Assembly: GCA_963760275.1 (NCBI GenBank)
Contig: CAVXCM010000007.1
Coordinates: forward strand, 196,921 to 260,920
Source: an uncultured Verrucomicrobiae bacterium
GTDB lineage: Bacteria > Verrucomicrobiota > Verrucomicrobiia > Limisphaerales > SIBH01
Reading direction: 5' to 3'
Length of the DNA stretch: 64,000 nt
Shown: positions 1-11,800 of the stretch, in pieces
How the letters are laid out: each line of letters starts with the position of its first letter
Numbering within the stretch: the stretch's first letter is position 1
Translations under genes and position numbers: made by a program
The notes under the pieces: generated by a model
What the model was told of the DNA's origin: nothing
The model's input: only the letters and a program-made list of their open reading frames with translations
Database searches by the model: none

Positions 1-7
1 TGCCTCC

Positions 8-1222
8 GTGCTGGAGAACGAGCCGAACCAATCGCCGGACAGCGCCAGCAAACTAGAGGTTCCTTTCGAAGTGTCGGGGCAATTCTCAGTTCCGGGCGAC
101 CGGGATTGGTACAGCTTTGAGGCGAAAAAGGGCTCGGTCTATTGGATCGAAGTTATCTCGCAACGACTCGGTCTTCCTAGCGATCCACTCGTTCTGGTGC
201 AGTACCTCAGTGCCAAAGGAGCGGTGGATGTCCTGGAATTGAACGACTCCGAGGCCAACATCGGGGGTCCGGAATTCAACGCGACACATCGTGATCCGAC
301 AGGACGCTTCGAAGCCAAAGAAGATGGAACCTATCTCGTCCAAGTGCGGAATTTGTTCAGCCAGCCTCGTGGAATTGCCTCACCGGTTTACTTTTTGTCG
401 ATTCGTCATCCCTCACCCGACTTCAGGCTTGTCGCTCTTCCCGCCACGCCGTTGCCCGTCAAGAAAGACGCAAAGGACGTCGCCGTCACTGCCACCGCTC
501 TTCGGCGTGGAGAAACACTTCCCATCAAAGTCATCGCGTTGAGACGGGATGGTTTTAATGGTCCCATCGACCTCACTGTGCAGGGCCTTCCGCCTGGAGT
601 TTCAGCGATGCCCGCGCGAATCGAAGCCGGGAAAACCTCCACGTTGATCTTCCTGCATGCCTCAAACGAATGCGCGTCCGCAGTTGCACCAGTGTTGATT
701 CGAGGCCATGCCATGATGGGAGTAGTCGGCCTCACCAATGACGCGCGGGCAGTGAGTGTCACGTGGACCGTCACTGATCCAGGAGCCGAACTTGTACAAT
801 CCCGCGCCAGCCACGAATACGTCGTAAGCACCATCGCCGAGATTTTTCCCGTGCGGTTGAATGCAGCGAACGGGTTGACGAACCACGCGATCACGGGAAC
901 TAAGATTAAGTTTCCTCTCTCCCTTGCCTCGGACGGGGAAATCACTGGACCGCTCAAACTCAAAGCGGTGGGAATTGCTGGCCTTGAATCGGCAAAAGAA
1001 TTTGAGCTGGATCCAAAATCCACCAATGCCGTTTACGAGGTCGATCTGGCGCAACAGAAGCTGGGACCTGGCACTTATACTTTTGCTTTGCAAGGGCTCG
1101 CCACGATGAAGGCAGGCAAAGGGGAAAAGAAACCAGTGGTTAAGGAAGGCACCATCCCGATCTACTCCACACCCGTCACCTTTAACGTCTCCGCCGCGAG
1201 CACGAATTCACCTGCGAAATGA
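8..1222 (+). CDS. PPC (pre-peptidase C-terminal) domain protein of PVC-type DUF1501/DUF1549 clusters, 5' partial
   Basis: ENEPN..., GDRDWYSFEAKKG and DP.GRFEAKEDGTYLVQVR motifs; ORF open at the window start; ATGA overlap with the next ORF. Confidence 0.7.
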   Translation: MLENEPNQSPDSASKLEVPFEVSGQFSVPGDRDWYSFEAKKGSVYWIEVISQRLGLPSDPLVLVQYLSAKGAVDVLELNDSEANIGGPEFNATHRDPTGRFEAKEDGTYLVQVRNLFSQPRGIASPVYFLSIRHPSPDFRLVALPATPLPVKKDAKDVAVTATALRRGETLPIKVIALRRDGFNGPIDLTVQGLPPGVSAMPARIEAGKTSTLIFLHASNECASAVAPVLIRGHAMMGVVGLTNDARAVSVTWTVTDPGAELVQSRASHEYVVSTIAEIFPVRLNAANGLTNHAITGTKIKFPLSLASDGEITGPLKLKAVGIAGLESAKEFELDPKSTNAVYEVDLAQQKLGPGTYTFALQGLATMKAGKGEKKPVVKEGTIPIYSTPVTFNVSAASTNSPAK

Positions 1223-4200
1223 TGAAGTTGTCCCCAAGTCTCCCTAATAACCGTTCACTACGCGATTTATCACCGCGTGCGCCAACTACCCGCGCCATTC
1301 GGCATCGCACCGGCCCGCGTGAAAACGGCGGCTTGTCACTTCGCTCCGAAGACGCCAGCGCCTCGGCGTGGGCTGCTGGGAACGCCGTCCTCCCGTTGTT
1401 TGTCCTGATTTGTTTTTCGTTGCTCGCGGCTAAGGCAGCGGATGTGCCGGTCAAGGCGATCCAAATTGCAAAGCTCAAGCGTTCGTCGACGGTGGATTTC
1501 GAAAGGGAGATACTTCCCATCCTGAAGAACAATTGCATTGCGTGCCATAACCAAACGAAGCCAAAGGGCGGATTAATCCTGGAAACTCCGCAAACCATCT
1601 TGAAAGGCGGCGACGCCGGGCCATCTGTCGTGGCCAGGAAACCGGCGGAAAGCTTGCTGCTTAAAGCAGCGGCGCATCAGGATCCGGAATTGATCATGCC
1701 ACCGCCCGACAACAAGGTCGCTGCCGTTGCCCTGAAACCGGGTGAACTGGGTCTCCTTCAATTGTGGATCGAACAAGGCGCCAAAGGGGAAGTTCGTCCC
1801 AGCGCCCCGATCGTTTGGCAGCCCATTCCGCCTGCGCTGCATTCCATCTACGCCCTGGCGCTCACGCGCGATGGCCAGTTTGCCGCCTGCGGCCGCGCCA
1901 ACCAGATTTTTGTCTACCACCTGCCCACCAGCAATCTCGTCGCTCGACTGCGCGATCCTCAGTTGCAAAAAACGAGCACTGGCCTTGCGTCGCATCGTGA
2001 CACGGTCAATTCGCTCGCGTTCAGTCCGGATGGTGAATGGCTGGCGTCGGGTGGTTATCGCGAGGTGAAACTCTGGAGACGGTCCAAGCCGACCCAGAAA
2101 TTCAAGCTACCCACGGGCAGCCATCTGGCCGCAGCTAGCGCTGATGGTCAATGGTTCGCCGCCGCCTCAACCAACGGCAATGTCCGGATTTTGGATCGAA
2201 CTGGAACGGAGGTTAAGAAATTTGCTCCTCTTTCCGAGCCCGTCACCAGATTGCAGTTCATCCCGGGCACTAATGTCCTCGCGGTTGTCCGGGGCAAAAC
2301 AGTTCAGATGCATTCGGTGCCTTCGGGTCATCTGCTTTCCCAAGCGGCTCTGCCAGACAGTGTCACCTCTCTCTGCGCCATCGGCGGGCGTTTGGCGGCT
2401 GTTTGTGGCGACAACGTGATTCGCATTTTAGCGCCCGGGACCAATGTGGCGGGGCTGATTATCACCACAGAAATGAAATCACCCTCGCCCGTCAAAGCCC
2501 TCGTTGCCAGTGCCATTTCTTCCAATCAATTCCTCGCAGGCAGTCCGGATGGAACGATCCGCTTGTGGGATGTTTCTCGGGCCGCGATTGCATCGGAATG
2601 GAAACACGGTGATGAGCTGGCACTGCTGGCGATGAGGCCAGATGGGAAATATTTCGCGAGCGCCGGCGGCAAGAGCGGCAAGCTCTGGCGCCTGGGCGAA
2701 TCCAATGCCGTCGGCCAACTAAACAGCGACGGGCCTGGCGCATTTCTGGTGGCCGAAACAGAACGCGAGGCTGCATTTGCCAAATCAGAAGTCGGCTATC
2801 GCAAGTCCACGTTGCAAGCGGTTGAAACGAACCTCACTTCAGCGCTTACCCGGCAGAAGACTGCGTCAGAAACAAACGCCCTGCTGGCGAAGGTGGCCGA
2901 AGAGAAGCAGACGGCTCTGACGAATGCGGCTCTCGCCGTCGCCGAGGCGGAAAGCGCCATTGCGGCTCTTGGCCCGGAAATCACCAAGGCATTGGAAAAT
3001 TTGACCGCCGCGGAGAAGGATTTCACCAATGCCACCGCCCACGCCAAGGCCGCGAAGGATGGTCAAGACAAAGCCAAGCTGGAAAAACTCATCGAAGAAT
3101 CGGTGGCGAAATCAAACCTTCTCGCCGAAGCCAAAGCTGCGGTGGAGGCATTGCCTGCGGAGACGAAAGCAAAACAAAAGACAGCGACGGATAAGCTGAG
3201 TTCCGCGAAGAAAGCTCTGACCAAGGCGGAGAAAGAATTCACAACTGCCGCACAGGTGCGATCGCTGAACGAGAATGAATTGAACCTGGCGACCAAGGGG
3301 GTGGATAAGACGAAGGGCGCCGTCAAAGATGCCAGGAGCTTGCTTGCCAGCGCCGAAGCCGCCTTAAAATCGGCGGAAGAAGCCGGCCGCAAGGCACGCG
3401 AGAAATTCGTTCAGCCGCAGCCAACCATTCAAGGGCTGGAGTTCTCGCCCGACAACCGCACGCTGTTTACCAGTCATGCGGATGGTTCGCTTCGCAGCTG
3501 GGGCGCGGAGTCTGGGCGCCCTCTAGCCACCACCACGCTCTCGACGACTCCGCCGAAAAGCTTTGTCATTGGAGCCGGCAATGTCGCCCTCGCGATAAAC
3601 GATTCCGGTGGGGCAGCCTGGGAGGTTGGAGCAAACTGGACTTTGACTCAGGTGATTGGAACCGGCGACGCGAATTCACGACTGGCCGACCGGGTAAATG
3701 CACTCCGCTTTACTTCCGACGGCAAACAACTCTTCACGGGTGGCGGCGAACCCACGCGGGGCGGCGAGATAAAAAGCTGGCGCATCCGGGATGGCGCTTT
3801 TCTCCGGGATTATCCCAACGTCCATAGCGATTCTGTATTCGCGCTCGATTTGTCCGCGGACGGGAAATATCTCGCATCCGGTGCAGCGGATCGATTTGCG
3901 CGGATTGTTGATTTGGAATCAGGGAAAGTTCTTAAGACGCTCGAAGGCCACACGCATCATGTACTCGGAGTCGCGTGGAAGCGGGACAATCGAACAGTCA
4001 TCACCACCGGCGCGGACAACGTCGCCAAAGTCTGGGACGCGACCACGGGTGAGCGACGCAAGAATATCGACGGCTTCGGGAAGGAAATCACGGCCGCGAC
4101 GTTTGTGGGCGTGAGTGACGAGGTCGTGCTTTGCGCGGGGGATGCACAAGTCGTTCTTATGAAGGAGAAGGGCGACAAAATTCGCTCGTTCACAGGAGCA

Positions 4201-4329
4201 ACGGATTATTTGTATTCAACGGCCGCCACGCCGGATGGAGAAATCATTGTTGCCGGTGGCGCGGATGGCACTTTACGTGCGTGGAACGGAAAGACCGGAA
4301 AGCTCATTGCTGCGTTTCCAAACCGTTGA
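1219..4329 (+). CDS. Planctomycete cytochrome c domain + WD40-repeat protein with a long coiled-coil insert (true start possibly ~150 nt downstream)
   Basis: VDFEREILPILKNNCIACH haem motif; many WD40 repeats (LAFSPDG, GHTHHVLGVAW); Ala/Lys/Glu-rich helical middle. Confidence 0.85.
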   Translation: MMKLSPSLPNNRSLRDLSPRAPTTRAIRHRTGPRENGGLSLRSEDASASAWAAGNAVLPLFVLICFSLLAAKAADVPVKAIQIAKLKRSSTVDFEREILPILKNNCIACHNQTKPKGGLILETPQTILKGGDAGPSVVARKPAESLLLKAAAHQDPELIMPPPDNKVAAVALKPGELGLLQLWIEQGAKGEVRPSAPIVWQPIPPALHSIYALALTRDGQFAACGRANQIFVYHLPTSNLVARLRDPQLQKTSTGLASHRDTVNSLAFSPDGEWLASGGYREVKLWRRSKPTQKFKLPTGSHLAAASADGQWFAAASTNGNVRILDRTGTEVKKFAPLSEPVTRLQFIPGTNVLAVVRGKTVQMHSVPSGHLLSQAALPDSVTSLCAIGGRLAAVCGDNVIRILAPGTNVAGLIITTEMKSPSPVKALVASAISSNQFLAGSPDGTIRLWDVSRAAIASEWKHGDELALLAMRPDGKYFASAGGKSGKLWRLGESNAVGQLNSDGPGAFLVAETEREAAFAKSEVGYRKSTLQAVETNLTSALTRQKTASETNALLAKVAEEKQTALTNAALAVAEAESAIAALGPEITKALENLTAAEKDFTNATAHAKAAKDGQDKAKLEKLIEESVAKSNLLAEAKAAVEALPAETKAKQKTATDKLSSAKKALTKAEKEFTTAAQVRSLNENELNLATKGVDKTKGAVKDARSLLASAEAALKSAEEAGRKAREKFVQPQPTIQGLEFSPDNRTLFTSHADGSLRSWGAESGRPLATTTLSTTPPKSFVIGAGNVALAINDSGGAAWEVGANWTLTQVIGTGDANSRLADRVNALRFTSDGKQLFTGGGEPTRGGEIKSWRIRDGAFLRDYPNVHSDSVFALDLSADGKYLASGAADRFARIVDLESGKVLKTLEGHTHHVLGVAWKRDNRTVITTGADNVAKVWDATTGERRKNIDGFGKEITAATFVGVSDEVVLCAGDAQVVLMKEKGDKIRSFTGATDYLYSTAATPDGEIIVAGGADGTLRAWNGKTGKLIAAFPNR

Positions 4330-4365
4330 GGAAGCCGGAGATTCGCGTCACTTGAGTATCAGTCG

Positions 4366-5814
4366 TCAGGCCAAAATTTCTTTCACCACATCCCCGCTCA
4401 CATCTGTCAGGCGGAATGGCCTGCCATCAAAGCGGTAGGTAAGTTTCTCATGGTCCAGTCCGAGTTGGTGGAGAATCGTGGCGTGAAGATCGTGCATGTG
4501 CACCTTGTCCGTTACGGCAAGATGACCAAAATCATCGGTTGCACCGAATGCGAAGCCGGGCTTTACGCCTCCGCCTGCCAGCCAGACTGTGAATCCCCCG
4601 GGGTTATGATCCCGGCCTGTGCCATTTTTCTCCGCGTACGGAGTGCGTCCAAATTCCCCGCCCCACCAGACGATTGTGTCCTCTAACAGGCCGCGTTGAC
4701 TCAAATCTGAAAGCAGGGCTGCCACCGGTTTGTCCACGGCGCGTGCGTGATCCGCGTGCTTCGGGAGGTTGGAATGCTGATCCCAGGCAGGGTTGGCGGT
4801 GTTGTCCCCATAATTGATCTGTACGTAGCGCACACCCGACTCACAAAGACGCCGCGCCATCAGACATTGGCGGCCGAAGCCATCCGTTTCCTTTTCCCCG
4901 ACGCCATACATCGCCAGCGTCGCCGGAGTTTCCTTCGCGAGATCCAGCACGCCGGGCGCATTGTTCTGCATTCGCCATGCAACTTCGTAGGAATTGATCA
5001 CTGCTTCCAATTCCGCATCACCTGGATTCTTCTTCAACTGCTCCGCATTCAACTCCTGGAATAATTCGAAGCGCCGAAGCTGCTCGGCGGGCGTCGCCCC
5101 GTTGTTGCCGATGTTGCGAATCAGCAAATCGTTCGCCGGCGCCCCGGCTTTGCCAATGGCCGTGCCCTGAAAAACAGGAGGCAGGAACGCGTTGCCGTAA
5201 TTACGGGCGCCGCCATTGCCTGTCGGCGGAGCGATCGAGACGAAACCGGGAAGGTTTTCATTCTCCGTGCCGAGGCCGTAATTGACCCACGCTCCCATGG
5301 AAGGGCGAATGAAGTTGGTCGAGCCACAATGCAGAAAGAGCGTGGCCGGCCCATGCGCCACTCCTTCGGTTTGCATGGAGTGAATGAAGCACAGCTCGTC
5401 CACGTGCCTGGCCATCTCCGGGAACAATTCGGATACCCACTGTCCGGATTGCCCATGTCGCTGGAACGCCCACGGCGATTTCAAGACACGCTGCGACGTG
5501 CCGCGCGCGCCGGTGTTGGCGATGTTGCGGGCGTCATCGAAGCTCATCATCTTGCCGTCCTGTTTTGCCAGAGTCGGTTTGAAATCAAACGTGTCCACGT
5601 GGCTCGGGCCGCCTTGCATGAAAATAAAGATCACGCGTTTGGCGCGCGGCTTGAAATGCGGAGCCTTGGGCGCGAGCGGGTTGAATGGTGCGGCACCCGC
5701 CCGTTCCGCCGCGAGGCCGGCAAGCGCAAGATAACCGAAGCCGCACGCCATCGACTTAAGGGCGTGTCGACGGGAGAAAAGTTTCGAATTCAGAGTGTGC
5801 TTACCCGGTTTCAT
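4366..5814 (-). CDS. DUF1501 (sulfatase-like) Tat-exported protein
   Basis: SRRHALK Tat motif, FMQGGPSHVDTFD, GEFGRTP, GRDHNP, HDLHATILHQLGLDH. Confidence 0.9.
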   Translation of the reverse strand: MKPGKHTLNSKLFSRRHALKSMACGFGYLALAGLAAERAGAAPFNPLAPKAPHFKPRAKRVIFIFMQGGPSHVDTFDFKPTLAKQDGKMMSFDDARNIANTGARGTSQRVLKSPWAFQRHGQSGQWVSELFPEMARHVDELCFIHSMQTEGVAHGPATLFLHCGSTNFIRPSMGAWVNYGLGTENENLPGFVSIAPPTGNGGARNYGNAFLPPVFQGTAIGKAGAPANDLLIRNIGNNGATPAEQLRRFELFQELNAEQLKKNPGDAELEAVINSYEVAWRMQNNAPGVLDLAKETPATLAMYGVGEKETDGFGRQCLMARRLCESGVRYVQINYGDNTANPAWDQHSNLPKHADHARAVDKPVAALLSDLSQRGLLEDTIVWWGGEFGRTPYAEKNGTGRDHNPGGFTVWLAGGGVKPGFAFGATDDFGHLAVTDKVHMHDLHATILHQLGLDHEKLTYRFDGRPFRLTDVSGDVVKEILA

Positions 5815-5827
5815 AAGCGCGTTTCAT

Positions 5828-8716
5828 TCAGTGGACGTATCGGAATTCCGCGGACACAAACAGCGCATGGATGAGGTCGGTCCACGCTTCGATGGGGTCC
5901 CCGTTCCGGCTCAATAAGTTCTTGGCTACATCGTGTTCACCAGAATCCGGCGCTCGTCCCAAGACCCACCGGTAGGCTCGCTGCAGCCGAGCAGGGTCAT
6001 CCACTTGATTTTCGGCGAGTAGACGAACAGCGGCACCCCTGGCCTGTTCTCGCACAAAGGGATGATTCATCAAAAACAACGCTTGCGGAGCGACGGTCGA
6101 AACGTTCCGCACCCCAGTAACAATGCTGGGATCGGCAAAGTCAAAAGCCTCAAAAATTTCCGGCAGGGCATTTCGGAAGGCCGGCACATACACACTGCGA
6201 CGAGGTTCTGCATATTGGAAGGCATAGTCCGCAGAAAGGTTCGCTCTGAACGAAGGCCCACCACGTTCCGCGCTCAGCTTTCCACTGATGGCGAGCATGC
6301 TATCGCGAAGATATTCCGCATCGACCCGCCGCCGATTTCCGCGCCATAAAAACCGATTCTCAGGATCGACTTCGGAGGGAATTGTCGCGCCGCCAATTGA
6401 ATGGTTGGAGGGTTTGCGGAGAACGTCGCTGGAGGCCAATTGATACGTCCGCGACAACATGATTTCGCGCACGAGCTCTTTGACAGACCAGCCCTGTTCG
6501 ATGAACTGCAGAGCGAGGTAATCGAGCAGTTCAGGATGCGACGGAATTTCACCCATGGTACCGAAGTTATCCGCCGTGCGCACCAAGCCGGCGCCGAAAA
6601 GCCAATGCCACACGCGATTCACCATCACGCGCGCCGTCAACGGATTCGACGGACTCGCGATCCAGTCCGCTAACTCGCGCCGTCCACTTTCCTTTTCGGA
6701 CACCGCAGGTGGCGTGTTCAACGTGGCTGCTTGAAGAAAACCACGCGGCACCGTGGCGCCCGGATTATGAACGCTGCCGCGCACATGAACGAACGTGTCC
6801 TCGATTTTTTCCTCTTCACGCACGGACATGACCAAGGGCCTGCGCGGCCCCGTCTCCTGTAACTTCTTTAGCTTATCTTCAAGCGACTTAAGCCGCACTG
6901 TAACCTTCGGCGCTTCCTTTTTTTCCACGGGCCGTCCCAAGCCTCCCGACCCCGTTGCGCTCCCGCTCGATTCCGCGGGAAGGAATTGCACAGCATCCGC
7001 AGTGACGTGGCCCGTGGTGCCCTGATTCGATACCAACGCGTAGCCAAAACCGTTGCCCTCGAAGGAAAAACGCCCCAATGAAACGAACCGTCCGTCGATC
7101 TCCGGCGGTTCCTGCTGGTTGACGTACACTGTCGTTTCGCCCTCCGCGTGAAATACCGTGACGGGTACATTGGTGGCGCGAGAAGTGCCGTGCTGGTAAG
7201 CGAAACGCACCTCGTAAGTTCCTCGCTTGAGTTCGGGCTGAAAAGTCAGCGTTTTCTCGCCCTTGCCTGTTAAATCGTCGTGAACGTAGCCATCCCCGAT
7301 GTAATGCCTGGAGAATTGTGAAACCTTCCACTTCCCCACGGCCTTGGCCTGCGCGCTGTCCACGACAATTCCTGGGAGCGCTTGAGCTGCGATAACCGCC
7401 GGCTTCGAATCGCTCGATGACTTTGGGTCGGAGGATTTTCCCGCCAATGCTTTAGCTGCCTCTTTGGCCGCTTTGATTTCTGATTGAAGGAAAGCGACCT
7501 GCGACTCGTGCGCCTGAAAGACTCGTTCCTGATCGGGAGAGACGGGCAGCGGATTCTCTATCCACCCGGAGACGTTCGCATTGGTGACCGTCTTCGTGTT
7601 TCGGAGGATGCCAGCCATCGCGTAATAGTCGCGGGTGGGAATGGGATCGAACTTATGATCATGGCAACGGGCGCACCCGATGGTTTGAGCAAGGAAAGAT
7701 TTCCCAATCGTGTCCAGTTGCTCATCCACAATGTCCATGCGCAGTTGAGCCTTATCCTGTTCCTCCAGGTTTGTGTTGCCCAACGCAAGGAAGGTTGTCG
7801 CAGCCATTCGCCTGCGCCTGACCTCAAGGCTCGAGGAGGAAAGCAGGTCGCCAGCGATTTGCTCCCGGATGAATTCGTCGTACGGTAGATCCTGATTGAA
7901 CGCATCGATGACGTAATCGCGATAGCGCCAGGCCTCCTTGAACACGAATCCGCGCAGGGTGACGGATTCACCAAAGCGCGCCACATCGAGCCAGTGCCGT
8001 CCCCAACGCTCACCAAACTCCGGCGAGGCGAGGAGTCTATCGACGACGCGAGCAAAGGCGCCGGGCGAGGGGTCTGTCTCAAATTCCAGCAGTTGTTCCG
8101 GCGTGGGCGGTAACCCGACTAAATCAAAGTAGGCGCGCCTCAGTAAAGTTGCAGGAGCGGCGTCGGGATTAGGGAGGACTGATTTGGTTTCCAGCCGCGC
8201 CAAGATAAAACGGTCCAGGCTTTTACGTGCCCATCTTGAATCGGATGGCTGAGGCGGCGCGACTTTCTTAAGCGGCTGGTACGCCCAGTGGTTCGTTTTG
8301 AAAGGTGACAGAGAGGTGCCCTGCGTTTGGAGATTTGTCCGGGGATCAGGCGCTCCCATTTTCACCCAATCCGTGAGAGCCGCGATTTCATTGGCGCTCA
8401 ACTTATTCTTCGGAGGCATCTGAAACTCGGGATCAGTCCACGAGATAGCTTTAATGAGCCGCGATTGATCCGGTTCGCCCGGCACTAGGGCGGGGCCACT
8501 GTCACCGCCATTCAACACGGCCGCCGAGTAGTCGAGGCGCAAGCCGCCCTTCTGTTTCTTCTCGCCGTGGCATTCGTAGCAGCGTTCCGCGAGCACGGGT
8601 CGAACGCGCTTTTCGAAAAACTCCAAACCATCCGGCGTGATGGCCGCAACCGAAGAAATCGATAGGGCAACGATTCCTGCCGTCAGCCAGGGAGATCTTA
8701 GACGCGCCGGGAACAT
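5828..8716 (-). CDS. PSCyt1/DUF1549/DUF1553 cytochrome c domain protein with an inserted golvesin/xanthan-lyase-like beta module
   Basis: FFEKRVRPVLAERCYECH, GERWGRHWLDVARF, CARCHDHKFDPI, NPLTARVMVNRVW; start taken at MFPARL. Confidence 0.9.
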   Translation of the reverse strand: MFPARLRSPWLTAGIVALSISSVAAITPDGLEFFEKRVRPVLAERCYECHGEKKQKGGLRLDYSAAVLNGGDSGPALVPGEPDQSRLIKAISWTDPEFQMPPKNKLSANEIAALTDWVKMGAPDPRTNLQTQGTSLSPFKTNHWAYQPLKKVAPPQPSDSRWARKSLDRFILARLETKSVLPNPDAAPATLLRRAYFDLVGLPPTPEQLLEFETDPSPGAFARVVDRLLASPEFGERWGRHWLDVARFGESVTLRGFVFKEAWRYRDYVIDAFNQDLPYDEFIREQIAGDLLSSSSLEVRRRRMAATTFLALGNTNLEEQDKAQLRMDIVDEQLDTIGKSFLAQTIGCARCHDHKFDPIPTRDYYAMAGILRNTKTVTNANVSGWIENPLPVSPDQERVFQAHESQVAFLQSEIKAAKEAAKALAGKSSDPKSSSDSKPAVIAAQALPGIVVDSAQAKAVGKWKVSQFSRHYIGDGYVHDDLTGKGEKTLTFQPELKRGTYEVRFAYQHGTSRATNVPVTVFHAEGETTVYVNQQEPPEIDGRFVSLGRFSFEGNGFGYALVSNQGTTGHVTADAVQFLPAESSGSATGSGGLGRPVEKKEAPKVTVRLKSLEDKLKKLQETGPRRPLVMSVREEEKIEDTFVHVRGSVHNPGATVPRGFLQAATLNTPPAVSEKESGRRELADWIASPSNPLTARVMVNRVWHWLFGAGLVRTADNFGTMGEIPSHPELLDYLALQFIEQGWSVKELVREIMLSRTYQLASSDVLRKPSNHSIGGATIPSEVDPENRFLWRGNRRRVDAEYLRDSMLAISGKLSAERGGPSFRANLSADYAFQYAEPRRSVYVPAFRNALPEIFEAFDFADPSIVTGVRNVSTVAPQALFLMNHPFVREQARGAAVRLLAENQVDDPARLQRAYRWVLGRAPDSGEHDVAKNLLSRNGDPIEAWTDLIHALFVSAEFRYVH

Positions 8717-8789
8717 GCCGTGGAATTTACGATGAAACAGCAACACAGGGAAGTCTGGACACACCGTACGGTGCGAACGGAATGGGAAT

Positions 8790-8822
8790 AAAAAAAGCCC
8801 GCCCCGCAATTGGGACGGGCTT
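8790..8822 (-). terminator. Rho-independent terminator after the LamG gene
   Basis: Minus strand aagcccgtccc-aattgc-ggggcgggctt hairpin followed by a T-run. Confidence 0.75.
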
Positions 8823-8839
8823 CGAGAAACTGCCCTGCT

Positions 8840-11800
8840 TCACGGTGGTGAGACGGGAACGGCGCGGAAGAAGGCTTGCGACCCGCGTGGGATCACATCT
8901 TCGAAATCAATCACGCCGCCTGGCCCAGCGGTGCGGCTCGCAATGGTCGTCCATGGTCCCGTGACTTGCGATGCGACCTGCAGGTTATACGAAGAACCGG
9001 CAGACAAACCTCGGAACTGCATCTGATATCCCACCGTGAACACAATCGAGGTGGACATGCCATTGAAACTGGCCGTGACCGTTGCGCTGCCAAGATTCAA
9101 AGCCCGCAACCCGGCAGAATCATTCGTCACCACCGACGAATCGCTGGATTGAAACACAACGCATCCCGAGGCAGTCAGGTCCACGTTGGAACGCGTAGTG
9201 AAATCAACCAGTGCACGGACCGGAATGGAGCGGCCAAATTGCACGTGGTTGGTGCCCTCTAACCGGAAAGCGGTCGGCTGACCCAGGATGTTGTCGGGGC
9301 CAATCGCCCGGTTGAAGGCGATTTCGTTGGTGCCAAGGATGCGGTCGTAAATACGGAATTCATTGTATTCACCCTGGAGGTTGGCATCACCCGTCCACGT
9401 GGAACGCCCGAGCCAGACGTTCACGTCGTTGATCTCGTTCATCGCAGCGACGGTATACATATTGGTCCGTTGCACTCCGTTCTCATGCACCGTGATTAAG
9501 CCGGTCGCTTCATTCCATGACACTACAAAGTGGATCTCCTGGTTGAAGTTGGTGATTGCGAAATCACGCCCCACTGTCCCGTGATCGGCCTGGTCGCGAT
9601 TGGTGACATCCACACGGCGCGTATTGATGTCGCCGCCATTTTGCGCTGAGTAGAAGAAGTAATCGATGCCTTCGCCGCCGCCTCCGGTGCCGGTGATCTC
9701 GCCGCCCATCCCGCAGCAAGGGCCGGTGGAGCCAAAGTCAAATATGCGTGACCAGGCACGATTGCCCGTCACCTTGACCCAACCTTCGAAGGTCACCTGC
9801 CCGCTGCCGCCGTTGTTGGTGCTGTTCGTTGAGAGCAGGCCATTCGGCAAGTCCACATAAGGCGCCGAGGCCGAACTTCCGCCCGGGAGAATCAATCGCT
9901 GGCCGGTGAAACTCGCTCCGGAGCCAATGAGCGTTCCGTTCGCCGTCCCCATGGCATCCGGGATCACTGTGGTTGGCGCTGCGCTGCCCGCAACGTTGTT
10001 AAACGTGTAGCGATGAACGAGGCCGGAAGGAATGTAGTTGAAGAAGCCAATCTCACTCCCTGCGATGATCTTGTTACGCAGGGGAGATTGATCCTCCAAA
10101 TCGGACACCGTCACCGTGATGAACTCGCACGGTAAGCTCCCATCCAATTGGAGGACTACTCGGGATTGGTCGGACAATTGCGTGACGGAGACCACATTGA
10201 TGGTTCCAGGCGGCGCGCCAGGGCTGGACACAGCAAAATTGGATGCTTCCGAGGCAGTGCCGACGGAGAGGGGTTCCGAAAACACCACCTCGATTTCGCG
10301 CGGCCCGCGTGCATTCGCGCTCACCAGCGTCGGAGGGATCGAGTCGATGATGACAGAGATTTGTGTGCTATTGGTCAACCCGCCGAGCACGACGCGCACC
10401 GTCGCCGTTCCTTCGTTCACCGTCCGAAGGACTCCATCCGGTGTGATATAAACGATGTTGGAATCGCTGGAGGAATAAATCGCGCATGGAGAGAGGGCGA
10501 GATTCTGCGTGCTTCCGTTGGAAAAGCCGGCCAACACCCGCACGGTGCCAACATTGTTCGTGTAAAAGACATTCGTGCTCGGAACGATCCTCAGTGAAGT
10601 GAGCGCACCAAAACTATTGTCTGGTCCGCCCCCGTTGTTCAGTCGGACTTCGGCGAGGGAGAGCACGTTGCTGTAAACCCGGAATTCATCATACTCACCT
10701 CGGATATTGTCGTCGCCCCGCCAATTAGAGCGGCCCAGCCAGACATTCACGTCATTGATGGCGCTCATCGGGTCATCGGTGAACGTGGTGGAAACCTGGT
10801 TCCCATTTTCATACGTGGTGATTTGGCCCGTAGCCTCGTCCCAAGTCACAACGAAGTGCGTCATCTGGTTGAACGACGTCGTGGCATGATCCACGGTGGA
10901 GATGCCGCCGCCGGCGGGATCTTCGTTCCGGAATTCCAAGCGACGATTATTGTTATCGGTTCCGATGGAGGCGGAGAGCATCAGATAATCGAGGCCAGCG
11001 CCGTTGTTGTTCGGGCCGCCCGGTCCTGTCACTTCGCCACCAACCCCACCGCCGATATCAGTCGATCCGATGTCGAAGATGCGTGACCAATTGAAGGTCC
11101 CGGTAATTCGAACCCAGCCTTCCAGGGTCAACTTTCCAGTCCCGCCAAGGTTCGTGCTGTTCGCGGAAACAATCCCGTTCGGAAGGTCGATGTAAGGAGC
11201 CACAAGGTCATCGCCGCCGCTTAAGGTCACGCGATCGCCCGTGAACGTGGTGGTGCCGCTTCCGTTGCGAACCACGCCCGGGGCGCCGCCAAGGGAATCC
11301 GGGACTGAAGCTCCCGTGGCGTTTGGATTTGGAGGCAAATTGAAGGTGTAACGACGTGCCAGGCCAGTGAGGCCATAATTGAAGAAACTGATACTCGTGC
11401 CAGCCGCAATCACATTGCCGGACGGCGATGCGTCGCGCACACCACTCACCGCGACCCGATATGATTCACATTCCAGCAGCGGGGCGTTGACCGTTAAGAC
11501 GACGCGGGAGGCATCATTCCCGAGGGCGGCGCCTGTCACAGACAACCCGCCGGGGCCGCTGAGAGTGTAGTTGGCGGCGTTGGTCGCGTCAGAGGGACGA
11601 ATCGCCTCAGAGAATACTAACTCGATCTGGGTGGAACTGTTCGCTCGCGCCTGCAACACGGTTGGAGGCGCTGTATCGCCCACCACCGTCAACGTCGCGA
11701 CGGAACTGGTCGCCACAAAACTGGATCCGCCGCTGAAGTTCGACGCCACGGCGTAGAATTGCGATCCGGAATCGCTCACCATGAGGTTCGTTTGCACCAT

